This document shows, in pieces, positions 53,233 to 64,000 of a DNA stretch of 64,000 nucleotides; within the stretch, counting starts at the first letter, position 1, and the number at the start of each line of letters is the position of its first letter. Origin of the DNA: Ptychomitrium polyphyllum (taxonomy: Eukaryota). The notes below the pieces were generated by a model. The model did not search any database and was not told where the DNA came from. It saw only the letters and a list, made by a program, of their open reading frames with translations. Position numbers and translations under genes: made by a program. The DNA lies in NCBI GenBank assembly GCA_973851085.1, contig OZ316775.1, positions 17,918,001 to 17,982,000 on the forward strand, written 5' to 3'.

Positions 53233-55722
53233 ATGAGCTCTTTATTACGAGCCTCATAAGCCGGGATGGCGCTGGAAACGCAAAAATTGAACACGTACCA
53301 AAATCTGCCAACAGCTGTATAGTTGTACTACGTAAGTATCTTGAAGCGTACCTTCTTCCATCCCGTTATGAGTCACGAAGAGGATACATGCACCCGAATT
53401 CTTGTTGCTGCTCAGATTTCAATTCCTCTAACAAGCAGATCAGCTGCTTCCGCAACGTGGCAAATGGCTGGGAATCGAGGATGAGAGGATCCGCAGGAGG
53501 GGATGCCGGAACAAGGGGAAATGTCCAATGAGATATCACCAAATGATTTACGATCTCCTGAATCCTGACACCACGAACTCAGATCAATAAGGAGATGCTC
53601 CTCAATCCGCAGCTCTTGTATCACTTGGAAGCAGCGTCTGAGTCTTCGAAGATGCGAGCTATGGCGCATGCAGTCCACCTGACGTCTCAATATGCGACTC
53701 CACTGCATCGAGATCCGTCGAGACAATGCCCCCAACGATGACTTTCAATGGTTGCGATTTTAGCTGCGGAGAGAATCTTGTTGAAAGTTCACCAAAGTGG
53801 ATACAAGAAGCAGTTTTCTGATGCAATGGACGGCGTGACCGGTGCAGTTGTGAAGCTTTTTGTGGATGTTGTTCTCTTCCAGGGCGACGAAAAGGTTTTA
53901 AAACGTTACAGACAGGTCGAGGATACTGTTGTTAAGCTGTATCGTAGACGTCACGTTCCTTGAATCCTCTGCCAGAATTGGCATATAATTGCACCGTCCA
54001 ATATATGGCCTGAATGAAAGAATTGTGTTCCACATCTATGTGGGTGTCTAATTGCAGTATTCTGGAATCTGCTGACAGGCGATCAGCTGCAGCTGAAAAA
54101 GCCCATCACAGGCGTAGTGAAACTCCATGATGTTAGTTTGAGGTTCTATGTTGGTTTTGGATTCTTAAAATTTACATTGCCTACGTAACATTCTAGAACT
54201 AGTGTTGGAGGATTCTTGCATCTAAGAATCAATTTAAGAAATTAGCTTTAGAACTTATTGAATCATGTGTGAGAAATGGTCAACCATGATACATTCCAAT
54301 GTAGGGCCAATCCAATAGTGGTTTTAGAATGTTATGTAGACTTTGAAGTACCATGTAATTGGAGGAAATACCACATCCTTATTTTTTGAAGCACAATTAT
54401 GAAATATTCTTATAAGCCAAGGAGAACAATTGTTGTATCAGTATAGAAAAGTGTGTTGTGCTTGTAAATAATACATATGCTTAAGATCCAATGTGATCAC
54501 TTGGTGGTACAATAATGAAATTAAGAATTTTAATAAGCCGTAGAGGTCCATCCAATTGATAATAGATAAGATATGGTAGACAAAAATAAGATGCCTATAT
54601 ATAGCTAATGATCATCACATTCTTTTTTATACCATGAATTTTTTTATAAATATAGCAAGTATTATGAAGCCTTATATAAGACCTTAGATCATTTACCTTT
54701 TAGCAATAAGAGAGGTTCTTCTAAGAAGTGACATGTCCTGTAAATACAAATGCTAAAATTAACAAAGTTATGATAAATTGAATTTATTTATAAGGCAATT
54801 GTAAAGATTTTTCAAAATTATGCAAAAAAAATTAATCAAAATTTGGTTGTAATGAATACATATAGGCACATGTATATTTATAAAAGTGAATAGTCAATTA
54901 AAATATTATATTTTTCCTTTGTATTCAATTTGTCCACAAAAACCTCCATTTTACTACTTTATTTTGATTGTTTGTTCACTATGGTTGGTAGTTCCAATAA
55001 TGAGGCTTTTATTATCTCTCCTTATTATTATAAATAGTTTGCAATAGGCATAGCTAACTATAACTATAGTGCAAGCTTTAAACCACTTGTAATGATATAT
55101 CCACTTTCAAAATTAAATTTCCAATTGAAATTGTTCACACATCCGCTTATTTATATAACTACATGTTTGCCTTTATTTATTTGTAAATAAGGTTGTCCAA
55201 TAAATTCAAATGTCTTTGTGATAAGGATCAATGCAATCTTTAATTTTGCAAGGATAAATGTAAGCTACTACATTTATATTAAAGGCCATGCAAGGTAATA
55301 TTGTACATGTACAATGGGAGATAAGAGCCAATATAAATATCCACCACTTTTTATTTATCATTCAAGGCACTAAACTCTTATGCTAGACACAATGCATTGC
55401 AAGCTTTCCACTTGTCATTTTGAGAATTTCATTCTAATCTATCATGATCTCCTAGAATATCAAAGGAGCACTTAGATCAACAACATGTTCATTCTACAAT
55501 TCGATTATTACCGCATGCAAAATTCAAAGTAGCAGGGTTTAACAATTATTGATGAAGATGACTATTAAAAATAGTAATATTTTACTTTTACACAATGCAT
55601 TGTTGCACTTATAATTCCTTAGAATAAACACAAATACTGCCTTCTATAATATACAAAAGGTCCCATTTAGAAGTTGGCCAAAATAGAAACTTTAAGCATA
55701 TCATAGAGGACACTTTTGCTAT

Positions 55723-55768
55723 ATCTAAAAATGTCTAGTTTATCTAAAAACGTCTAGTTTATCTAAAA
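55723..55768. repeat. 19-bp tandem repeat (ATCTAAAAAYGTCTAGTTT), about 2.4 copies
   Basis: Read directly. Confidence 0.8.
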
Positions 55769-56610
55769 TTCAAGTATGACAATTATATTTGGAGTTAATA
55801 AGCTGCTGAAAGAAGGTCTAAAGATTGGAAATGTAGCTGATATTGTCAAGACAACAAAGTTGCTTATTAAAATCAAGGTGAGGCAACAAGCTCTTGCTTG
55901 TTTAGGAATAAGTAAGGATGGATTTTGTAATGAAATATGTAAATGGTATAAATTGTAATAGGTGGAAAAAACCTTATTTGAAAAATTAAAGCTATTTAAA
56001 AGTGAAGTGCATAAATGAAGTAACTAAAAATAAAGGATGCATTAAAAATCATAAATTTTGAAGGTAAGTGTCACGCACCTCTTTTTGAAGAGTGTCCGCA
56101 ACATTAAGGGCACAAGGGGGACCTTGGAGTGGCGTCCAGGACTTGTGGCACCAATAGTGAAGTGGTCCAAGTAGGCCTAGCGTGGGAAGGATCTCAAGGT
56201 GGAGAAACATCCTTGCCCATGTAGTCCAAAGGCCATGAGGGATAAATTGTAGGCATTAGAGTACTCACAACAAGTTGATTTTAGAATGCTAAAAATTACT
56301 CAAATTAGACAAGGGAACTAAAAGATATGGCATTCCAAAGTTGGAGCTGCTAAGGGGCTGTTTTGGACTGTGGCAGCCCTAGACAGTGACTGTATTGGAC
56401 TGGGACAATACAGGGAGGGACTCCCCGGTAGTTCCGAACCTTGGGAGAGGCATATCTTCTAGAATACTAAGCCAAATTGGACGTTTGAGGAGACTATTGA
56501 CATTTAAGCAAAGAGTAGATGACAATAGAGTAGTTGCTAGATAGATTTGGACACCAAATGTGGAAGATATGCCTCCCTGAAGGTCCGCAAGAAGTCCTAG
56601 AGGCTTCCAG

Positions 56611-57132
56611 TGTCATGGACATAGATCATGCAACATAGTCCTTAGAACATTTTAGAACCTTCTAGTATACTATAATAGCTTCTTAGAATACTTTTAGATG
56701 TCTCCATAGTCTTTCCATGTTCGTAGGAAGCTTCTTAGGAAAGTTTTTCCACCTTAGAAAACTTCCTAGGAAGGTTCGATCATCTTAGAAAACTTCCTAG
56801 GCAACTTCCTAGGATGGTTCCATCATCTTAGGAAACTTCTTAGGAAGATTTCATATTCTTAGGAAACTTCCTAGGTAGATTCCCTAGACTTCAAGAACAT
56901 TCTTAAGCCTTGTAGGAAGCTTCTTTAGAAGTATCCTAGGAAATACAAATGTCATAGTATAAATAGGAGGCAAGACAAGGTATTCTTTAGTCTTGCCAAT
57001 ACAAGTTGTGGATCATCTTGAATTCTGTCTTGTTGTAGTCTTTGTATCAACTTCTTGTTAATCATTAGCTCTTTGGAAGCTAATTCTTGGGAAACACTAC
57101 GTTTCTACTTCTTGTTTCTTGTGTTCCTAACA
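56611..57132 (+). repeat. 5' LTR (522 bp) with internal 31-bp tandem array and TATA box (TATAAATA, 56958-56965)
   Basis: Begins TGTCATGGACATAGATC, ends TTCCTAACA; direct repeat of 62337-62938. Confidence 0.96.
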
Positions 57133-57134
57133 GT

Positions 57135-57146
57135 TTGGCAAGACTA
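57135..57146 (+). promoter_or_regulatory. Primer-binding site complementary to the element's own R-region start (self-priming type)
   Basis: TTGGCAAGACTA, 2 nt after the LTR end, is the exact reverse complement of TAGTCTTGCCAA at 56988-56999, which starts 30 nt after the TATA box start. Confidence 0.8.
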
Positions 57147-57367
57147 CTTTTTATCTTTGTCAAAGCTAAGGTTCTTTGGAGAAGATTGTGGATTATCCAT
57201 CTTTTTTAGGATTCCATAGCGTCTTAGAGGTTGCGGTTACCCTCCTCAAAACTGGGACCATACAATTGGTTTCTCCTTCTAGAACCAAGTATTACTTCTT
57301 TTAAAGGACGTGGATTTTCCTCCTTTGAAGGTACTCATAGTCTTTTTGTCTTTGAGAGTTTTAAGAA

Positions 57368-58198
57368 ATGGATAACGTGCCTGGAACATCAGAGAATAGG
57401 TTTGCAACTATTGCAGACCTTCAAGAGTTATTAAACACAGTTCGAACAGAACTTGCCCGTTTTAATACCTCCAACAATTTGGAGCAAGATACTCGGCAAG
57501 CTGAAGAATCCAATGGTGATATTCAAAGCCTATATCAAGAAGTTGTTTGATTGCCAGAGGCCAATATTGGAAGGAAAGGCGTACTTTCAACCCATAAAGA
57601 GCCAAAGATTAGCATGCCAGACAAGTTCGATGGATCAAGATCAAAATTGAGAGGCTTTGTTCAACAAGTAAGATTCTTCCTTAGTTTCCATCAATCTTGC
57701 TATCTTGATGGCACAACTCAAGTGGGATTTGTGGCCACTCTTCTATCAAGCAATGTACTATCGTGGTTTGCACTACTAATGGAGAAGCAGTCACCATTAT
57801 TGAACAACTTAAATGTTTTTATAGAAGCATTGACCTCTACTTTTGGAGACACTGACTAAGAGAGGGTGGCTGAAACAAGGATCCAGAGTCTCCAACAAGG
57901 ACAGCGCTCAGTTGCTACATATGTTGCAGAGTTTTGACAATTAGCTTGCAACCTTGATTGGAATGATAAAGCCTTGGTCACACAATTTCGATGGAGCTTG
58001 AGAGAGAATATAAAGGACTTGCTACTTACAATGCCAAAAGTTGGAATATTGGACGAATTCATCACTCAAGCAATAGCATGTGACAATAGACTATTTGAAA
58101 GGCGCCAAGAACAATGCTTGGGATGGCGACCAGTACATCAAAGCATGGCTACCACTTCTTCAATACTATTGGAAAACGAGGCTGTCCAGTCACAGTAG
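57368..58198 (+). pseudogene. gag: gag of the chromovirus, with in-frame stops
   Basis: One frame with stops near 57550, 57859 and 57937; capsid motifs EPKISMPDKFDGSRSKLRGFVQQV, LQQGQRSVATYVAEF, LDWNDKAL, AIACDNRLFERRQE. Confidence 0.9.
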
Positions 58199-61100
58199 GG
58201 ACCATGCGACTAGATACCACAAAGAAACCGCTATCAAATCAAGGTCTCTTACTACCTTCAAGCCCTACTTCTTCTTATATATTTTCTATCAAAATAAAAT
58301 TGTTAGATGATGAAATAATTAGTAAGGCTCTCTTAGGCACTGGTGCAACATCATGTTTTATGGACAAGGACTTTGCAACCAAACATCACATGGTGCTTGT
58401 GAACAAAAAATACCCCGCACTTGTTGAAGTTATTGATGGACGATCTCTAGCGTCTGGCAACGTTATTGAAGAAAATCAACCCTTGGAGGTTGTTTTAGGA
58501 GACCAAGCATCTAGGATTGTCTTTAACATCATTCAATGCCAAATGAATCCTATTGTTTTGGGCCTTCCTTGGTTTGAATTACATAATCCAGACATTGACT
58601 GGCGCTCACGAAATGTGGTCTTAAGGAAAAGATGCCAAGGTACGAGAAATCTTGGACCATCATTTATTGGAGATAAGGCATTTATGAGAGCGGCAAAGGA
58701 TGAACCAATCTATGCCATTTATGCCACGCCAATGTCAAGCTCTACAATAGAGACTAATAAAAATATACCTCGTTAATATCCAGATTATAAAGACGTTTTT
58801 GACAAGAAGAATGCGGACATGTTACCAAAGCACCGGCCTTACGATTGTACCATTGAGTTGCAAGAAGGAGCCCAATTCCCTTTTGGACCTATTTATAACT
58901 TATCACAAACCAATTTGACTGCCTTGAGAGAATATATTGATGAAAACCTTAGAAAGGGTTTCATTCAACATTCTAAATCACTTGTTGGAGCACCCATTCT
59001 ATTTGTAAAGAAGAAAGATGGATCATTACATATGTGCGTGGACTATCGAGGCCTCAATAAAGTAACAAAAAATGATTGCTATCCATTATCATTAATCTCA
59101 GGACTCCTACAACAACTTGGCCAAGCAAAGATATTCACCAAAATTGATCTTAGAGGAGCCTACAATCTTGTACGCATCAAAGAATGAGACGAATGGAAGA
59201 CAGCTTTTTGATCTAGGTATGGTCATCTTGAATACAATGTCATGCCTTTTGGCCTTACTAATGCTCTCGCAGTCTTTCAACATATGATGAATGATATCTT
59301 CCATGAACATCTAGATGATTTTATAGTCATCTACTTAGATGATATTTTGATATATTCAAAGGATGAACAAGACCACGAATGTCATGTGCGACTGGACCTA
59401 GAAAAAATTACGCCAGCGAGGAGTATATGCCAAACTGGAGAAGTGCCTTTTCCATGAATCCTTGGTTGAATTTTTAGGCTACATCATTTCCAAAGGAGGA
59501 ATCCATATGGATAAGAAAAAAATAAGCACTATCATGGAGTGGAATACGCCAAGATCAATTTGAGATGTTCAATGCTTCTTGGAATTTGCAAATTTCTACA
59601 AGAAATTCATCAAGAATTATTCCAAGATTGCGGCACCATTAACACAACTTACGGGGAAGCAAAAATTCATTTGGAATGAAGAGGCGGAAAAAACATTTCA
59701 AAGTCTTAAGAAGTCATTCACGTCGGCTCCAATTCTTATTCATCCAAATCCATCGAAGCCTTTTTATATGGAAGCGGTTGCCTTAGATTTTGCGTCTGAC
59801 TTAGTACTTTCACAATATAATGAATACAGGAGACTTCACCCTCTTGCCTTTTGTTCAAGGAAGTTCTCAGCGGTAGAGATCAACTATGATATACATGATA
59901 AAGAACTACTTGCAATTGTGGATGCGTTTGAAGAATGGCGACACTTATTGGAAGGAGCTCAATATACCATCACGATATACACAGACCACAAGAACTTGGA
60001 GTATTTCATGAATGCGCGCGTTTTGAATCGCCGTCAAGCAAGATGGAGTATGTTGCTTTCCAGATTTGACTTTGTCATTACCTATCAATCTGGTAGCTTG
60101 CAAGGTAAGCCAGATGCCTTATCTCGAAGATCTTATTTAGCTCCTCAACCTGGAAATGATGTTTTGAATCAACAAAGGACCATTTTATTGAAGCCAGAGA
60201 ATCTTCAATTGAAAGTAGCAATTAATACAACAACATTCCATCTTGACAAAATTTAGAAGGCTTTGAAGAATGACGTCTTTGTTTCAAATATAAAGAAGCG
60301 CCTCAAAGACAATGGAGGTCCTTTATATAGCGATGAGGACTTTGAATTCCAAGAAGGCCTAATTTATTATAAAGGACTTTTGTACCTACCTCCAAGCCCT
60401 TTGCGGTTGAAGATCCTTCAAGCACATCATGATTTTCCAGCAGCAAGACATTTTGGATTCAATAAAACAATGGAGTTGATTGCTAGAGACTATTGGTGGC
60501 CACAAATGTGGAAGTACGTAAAGGACTTTGTTCAATTATGCGACACTTGTGCAAGAGCCAAGGTATCAAGACACCAACCTCATGGTCTCCTCCATCCGCT
60601 TCTAGTGCCAAAGGGCCCATGGTTGTCTTTATTAATGGATTTTATCACAGACCTTCCAAATTCCGATTCTAAGGATTCTATTTTGGTAGTGGTAGATCAA
60701 TTTACCAAAATGGCACATTTCATTCCATACAACAAGACGGTAACGGAAGAAGAAACTGCCAAGTTGTTCTTAAATCACGTCTACCGCATACATGGACTAC
60801 TAAATGATATTGTATTTGATCGAGGGCCGCAATATATTTGCAACTTTTGGAGGGCTCTATTTTAGCTGTTGCGTGTAAAGATCAATCTTTCTTCAGCACC
60901 ATCCGCAAACTGATGGCCAAACCAAACGTGTAAATCAAATTTTGGAACAGTACCTTTGTTATAGCATAAACTACCAACAAGACAACTGGATGGATCTCTT
61001 GGCTTTGGCAGAATTTGCTTATAACAATATGATGCATTCTTCAACAACTCAAAGTCCATTATTTGCAAACTATGGCCATCATCCTGGAACAAATCCATTT

Positions 61101-61682
61101 CAAGTGAAGCATGTTGGAAGTCTTGCAGCAGAAGATTTTGCAATTCAACTTGCTAAAATCCATCAAGAAATTACCTTCTAGTTACAACAAGCTCAAGATC
61201 ATTACAAAACTTATGCAGATCGCCATCAAAAGGACCATCCAAAGTTAAGGGTTGGAGATAGCGTATGGCTCCTACGACAAAATATACAAACAAAAAGACC
61301 ATCAAAGAAGTTGCACTATCAAAGGCTGGAACCATTTGAAATTAGCAAACAAATAAATCCGGTTAGTTATCGCCTAAATCTACCACCAAGCATGCAAATT
61401 CATCCAGTATTCCACGTATCATTGTTGGAAACCTATAACAAATCATGTATACCAGAGAAAATTGTTCCTCCGCCTCCTCCGCTGGAAATCAACAATGAAA
61501 TTGAATATGAAGTGGAAGAGATCTTAGATTCACGCATCAAGAACGGATGTGTGGAGTATCTTATACATTGGCAAGGATATGGCATCAATGACCAAATATG
61601 GGAACCTTCAACAAATGTAACCAATGCATCCGAGAAGGTATGCAAATTTCATCAAAGATATTCTCAGAAACCAGGTCAGTGA
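58171..61682 (+). pseudogene. pol: pol (protease, RT, RNase H, integrase, chromodomain), with stops and frameshifts
   Basis: PR ALLGTGAT (catalytic Asp codon is GGC at 58336-58338); [54 protein letters not shown] (59332-59343); RH NYDIHDKELLAIV, YTDHKNL; IN HHDFPAARHFG...CDTC, MDFITDLP, IHPVFHVSLLE; chromodomain EYEVEEILDSR...YLIHWQGYG...WEP. Confidence 0.95.
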
Positions 61683-62322
61683 TGATGTGTCATCAGCAGC
61701 CGTTAGCTTCATAGAGAAGTTTTTCCTTCATAGACAAGTATAAGAAGGGAAGAGAAATATCCAAACCTCCAATTGTATGCAGCATTATTTCCAAGATAGA
61801 TCATTTCCAGATCCTAGCCAATATGTCAAATCTTCGTGTTATCATGGGTATGCGTGAAGAACAATCGGCCATGCCTTCATCAATAACAGTATTTGTTGAA
61901 TCAACTCAACTTTCTCAACCTTCGGTACCAGAGGATCTAAGTCAAGATATGGGAGGGACATCTCAACGTCGAGTACGACCTCGTACAGAAGTATTGACTA
62001 GTCGCCCTTCAAATTTCAGTCTTGATTCAGATGCTCTCGCTCTAGTCATCTTGTTAGAAATTGGAAGAGTTACTCCTGGAGGATCCAAAATCTTGTTTGG
62101 AGGATGTTTTGAAGAACTTAATCAAGATTAGATCTTGGGATGGGACATTTCAACAACAGAAGTCTTGGCTGGTGGCTATCGGCGCTTTTTGCAAGGACCA
62201 GTTGAACTAGTGAACAAAGAATAACGAGCAGAGTATGTTGCTTCACTCTTTTGATAAATTTTGGAATTTGTAGAAATGTGATAAGCAAGTCAAGAAAAGA
62301 GCTCTTCATGGGACTCGTTGCT

Positions 62323-62336
62323 AAATGGGGAGGTGA
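62323..62336 (+). promoter_or_regulatory. Polypurine tract of the retrotransposon
   Basis: AAATGGGGAGGTGA immediately 5' of the 3' LTR. Confidence 0.8.
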
Positions 62337-62938
62337 TGTCACGGACATAGATCATGCAACATAGTCCTTAGAACATTCTAGAATCTTCTAGTATACTATA
62401 ATAGCTTCTTAGAATACTTTTAGATGTCTCCATAGACTTTCCATGTTCTTAGGAAAGTTTTTCCACCTTATGAAACTTCCTAGGAAGGTTCGATCATCTT
62501 AGATAACTTCTTAGGAAACTTCCTAGGATGGTTCCATATTCTTAGGAAACCTCCTAGGCAGGTTCTACTTCTTTAAAAAACTTCCTAGGAAGGTTCAGCT
62601 ACTTTAGGAAGCTTTCAAGGAAAGTTCCAACTCCTTGGAAGACTCTTAGGAAGCTTACAACATCTTAAGAAACTTCTTGGGAAGGTTCCCTAGACTTCCA
62701 GAATATTCTTAAGCCTTGTAGGAAGCTTCTTTAGAAGTATCCTAGGAGATACAAACATAATGGTATAAATAGGAGGCCAGACAAGGTATTCCTTAGTCTT
62801 GCCAACACAAGTTGTGGATCATCTTGAATTCCGTCTTGTTGTAGTCTTTGTATCAACTTCTTATTAATTATTAACTCTTTGGAAGCTAATTCTTGGGAAA
62901 CACTTCGTTTCTGCTTCTTGTTTCTTGTATCCCTAACA
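62337..62938 (+). repeat. 3' LTR (602 bp)
   Basis: Begins TGTCACGGACATAGATC, ends TCCCTAACA, followed by the TCCAG duplication. Confidence 0.96.
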
Positions 62939-64000
62939 TCCAGCGGCTAAGTCCCAAGGGAGATCGGGTGGTCTTCCAAAAGTTTTGGTGTGTTGGGGTT
63001 CAGTCAGCTACAAAGGACCAGAGGGCCTGCCGAATCCCACAGAGAATACTATAGAGGAGGGCTGGTTCCCTTCCTCACCCCTCTAGTGTCTCGGTAGGAA
63101 CCAAAGGTGAGTCCCGGTTGGTGGAGCTAGTGTTGGGGCTTCACTACGGGGACTCCTACACCATTGTGAGCTTGTAGATGACCGGTTTTACGAAGAGAAT
63201 TAGTGAGATAGAAAGGGCACGCTTATTACCACTAAGTTGGGGTTGTATCTTCACGCCAACACCATGATGGCTCGGAATGATCTTATGATCACATGAGGAT
63301 CATGAGTGGTGGTGAGGAGACACTATTAAGTGCGGTTAGGCTATGTGGAATGGAAATAACATCAAGTGAGGCCTTAGACATGAATGGAAGTCCGCACCTA
63401 ATCATTGGTTACTAATCAATTGGGTATCCTAAGAGAAATGGTAGAGGTAATTGGAAACCAAGATTAAGATTTGGAGAGTGAAAATGGGGGTTAACCATGT
63501 GCATGTGGGGGTGTACAGGATTGATGCGCGTGACGTTTGTTAAAGTACATTACAAAGGTTGCGACATTATAGTTTATTATTTTTTCTATTAAATACTATC
63601 TTATATGTATGTATAATTTCTAAGACATGTATTTTATGTGTTTATATAGATTAATCAAGAACAAGCAATAAAATGCCTAATTGTACTATTAACAAGTCCT
63701 TCCAAAAAACTTGATAGATACGGATTTTTTAAAGACTTAAACTTTCAACAAATTTAGATATAGCATATATTATACAACAATATGCAAGATTCTATTCTAT
63801 ATTATTTGTTGCTAGAAGTGTTTTGCCAATCAAAAAAGATCCTATATTATTAGAGGTGAAGGCAAGATTTGAAGTTTATTTATATTTTGCATAAATGAAA
63901 GGAAATTACATTTTTTACACACTGGTTTGTATGTGTGATGATTATAATAAATGGTTAATACAATATATAAAAGCATGCAATAAGAAAAAAAGTGCAATCT

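Larger units (their letters stand above)
56611..62938 (+). mobile_element. Full-length, decayed Ty3/gypsy LTR retrotransposon with chromodomain integrase (chromovirus, Tcn1/Tf1-sushi-like)
   Basis: TG...CA LTRs at 56611-57132 and 62337-62938; 5-bp target-site duplication TCCAG (56606-56610 and 62939-62943); polypurine tract before the 3' LTR; domain order gag-PR-RT-RH-IN-chromodomain. Confidence 0.97.
56069..63566. mobile_element. Older solo-LTR-like element (about 1.17 kb: 56069-56610 plus 62944-63566) split by the chromovirus insertion
   Basis: GC-richer block continuous across the TCCAG duplication, bounded by TGTCACGCACC and GGTTGCGACA (TG...CA with short imperfect terminal inverted repeats), with abrupt transitions to AT-rich DNA; no matching flanking duplication found. 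Confidence 0.6.

Noticed and set aside
56730..56890. Palindromic 31-bp repeats resembling a CRISPR array
   Set aside because: No unique spacers, no cas genes, and located inside eukaryotic LTRs.

Overview
Eukaryotic plant genomic DNA, most consistent with a moss (spliced GT-AG genes in GC-richer islands separated by AT-rich decayed transposon DNA; the organism is inferred, not proven). Four genes could be reconstructed exon by exon: two divergently transcribed nucleoside N-ribohydrolases (a subclass-I purine type on the minus strand at 4117-8572 and a subclass-II pyrimidine type on the plus strand at 15396-19029, with the same intron positions), a 21-exon Mediator subunit MED15 with long polyQ tracts (22638-32175), and a large DUF688-like Ser-rich protein (48754-51781). 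Also present: a truncated F-box/kelch-like fragment, a fossil hAT/DUF659 transposase that the ORF track does not show, and a full-length but decayed Ty3/gypsy chromovirus (56611-62938, TCCAG target-site duplication) inserted into an older LTR. The most notable signals are in the retroelement: its primer-binding site is the exact reverse complement of its own predicted transcript start (tRNA-independent self-priming), it has a decayed extra sense ORF between the chromodomain and the 3' LTR, and its two LTRs carry different numbers of a palindromic 31-bp unit. An orphan, stop-interrupted reading frame of about 280 codons lies between the two NRH genes. I found no convincing wholly new multi-gene system.
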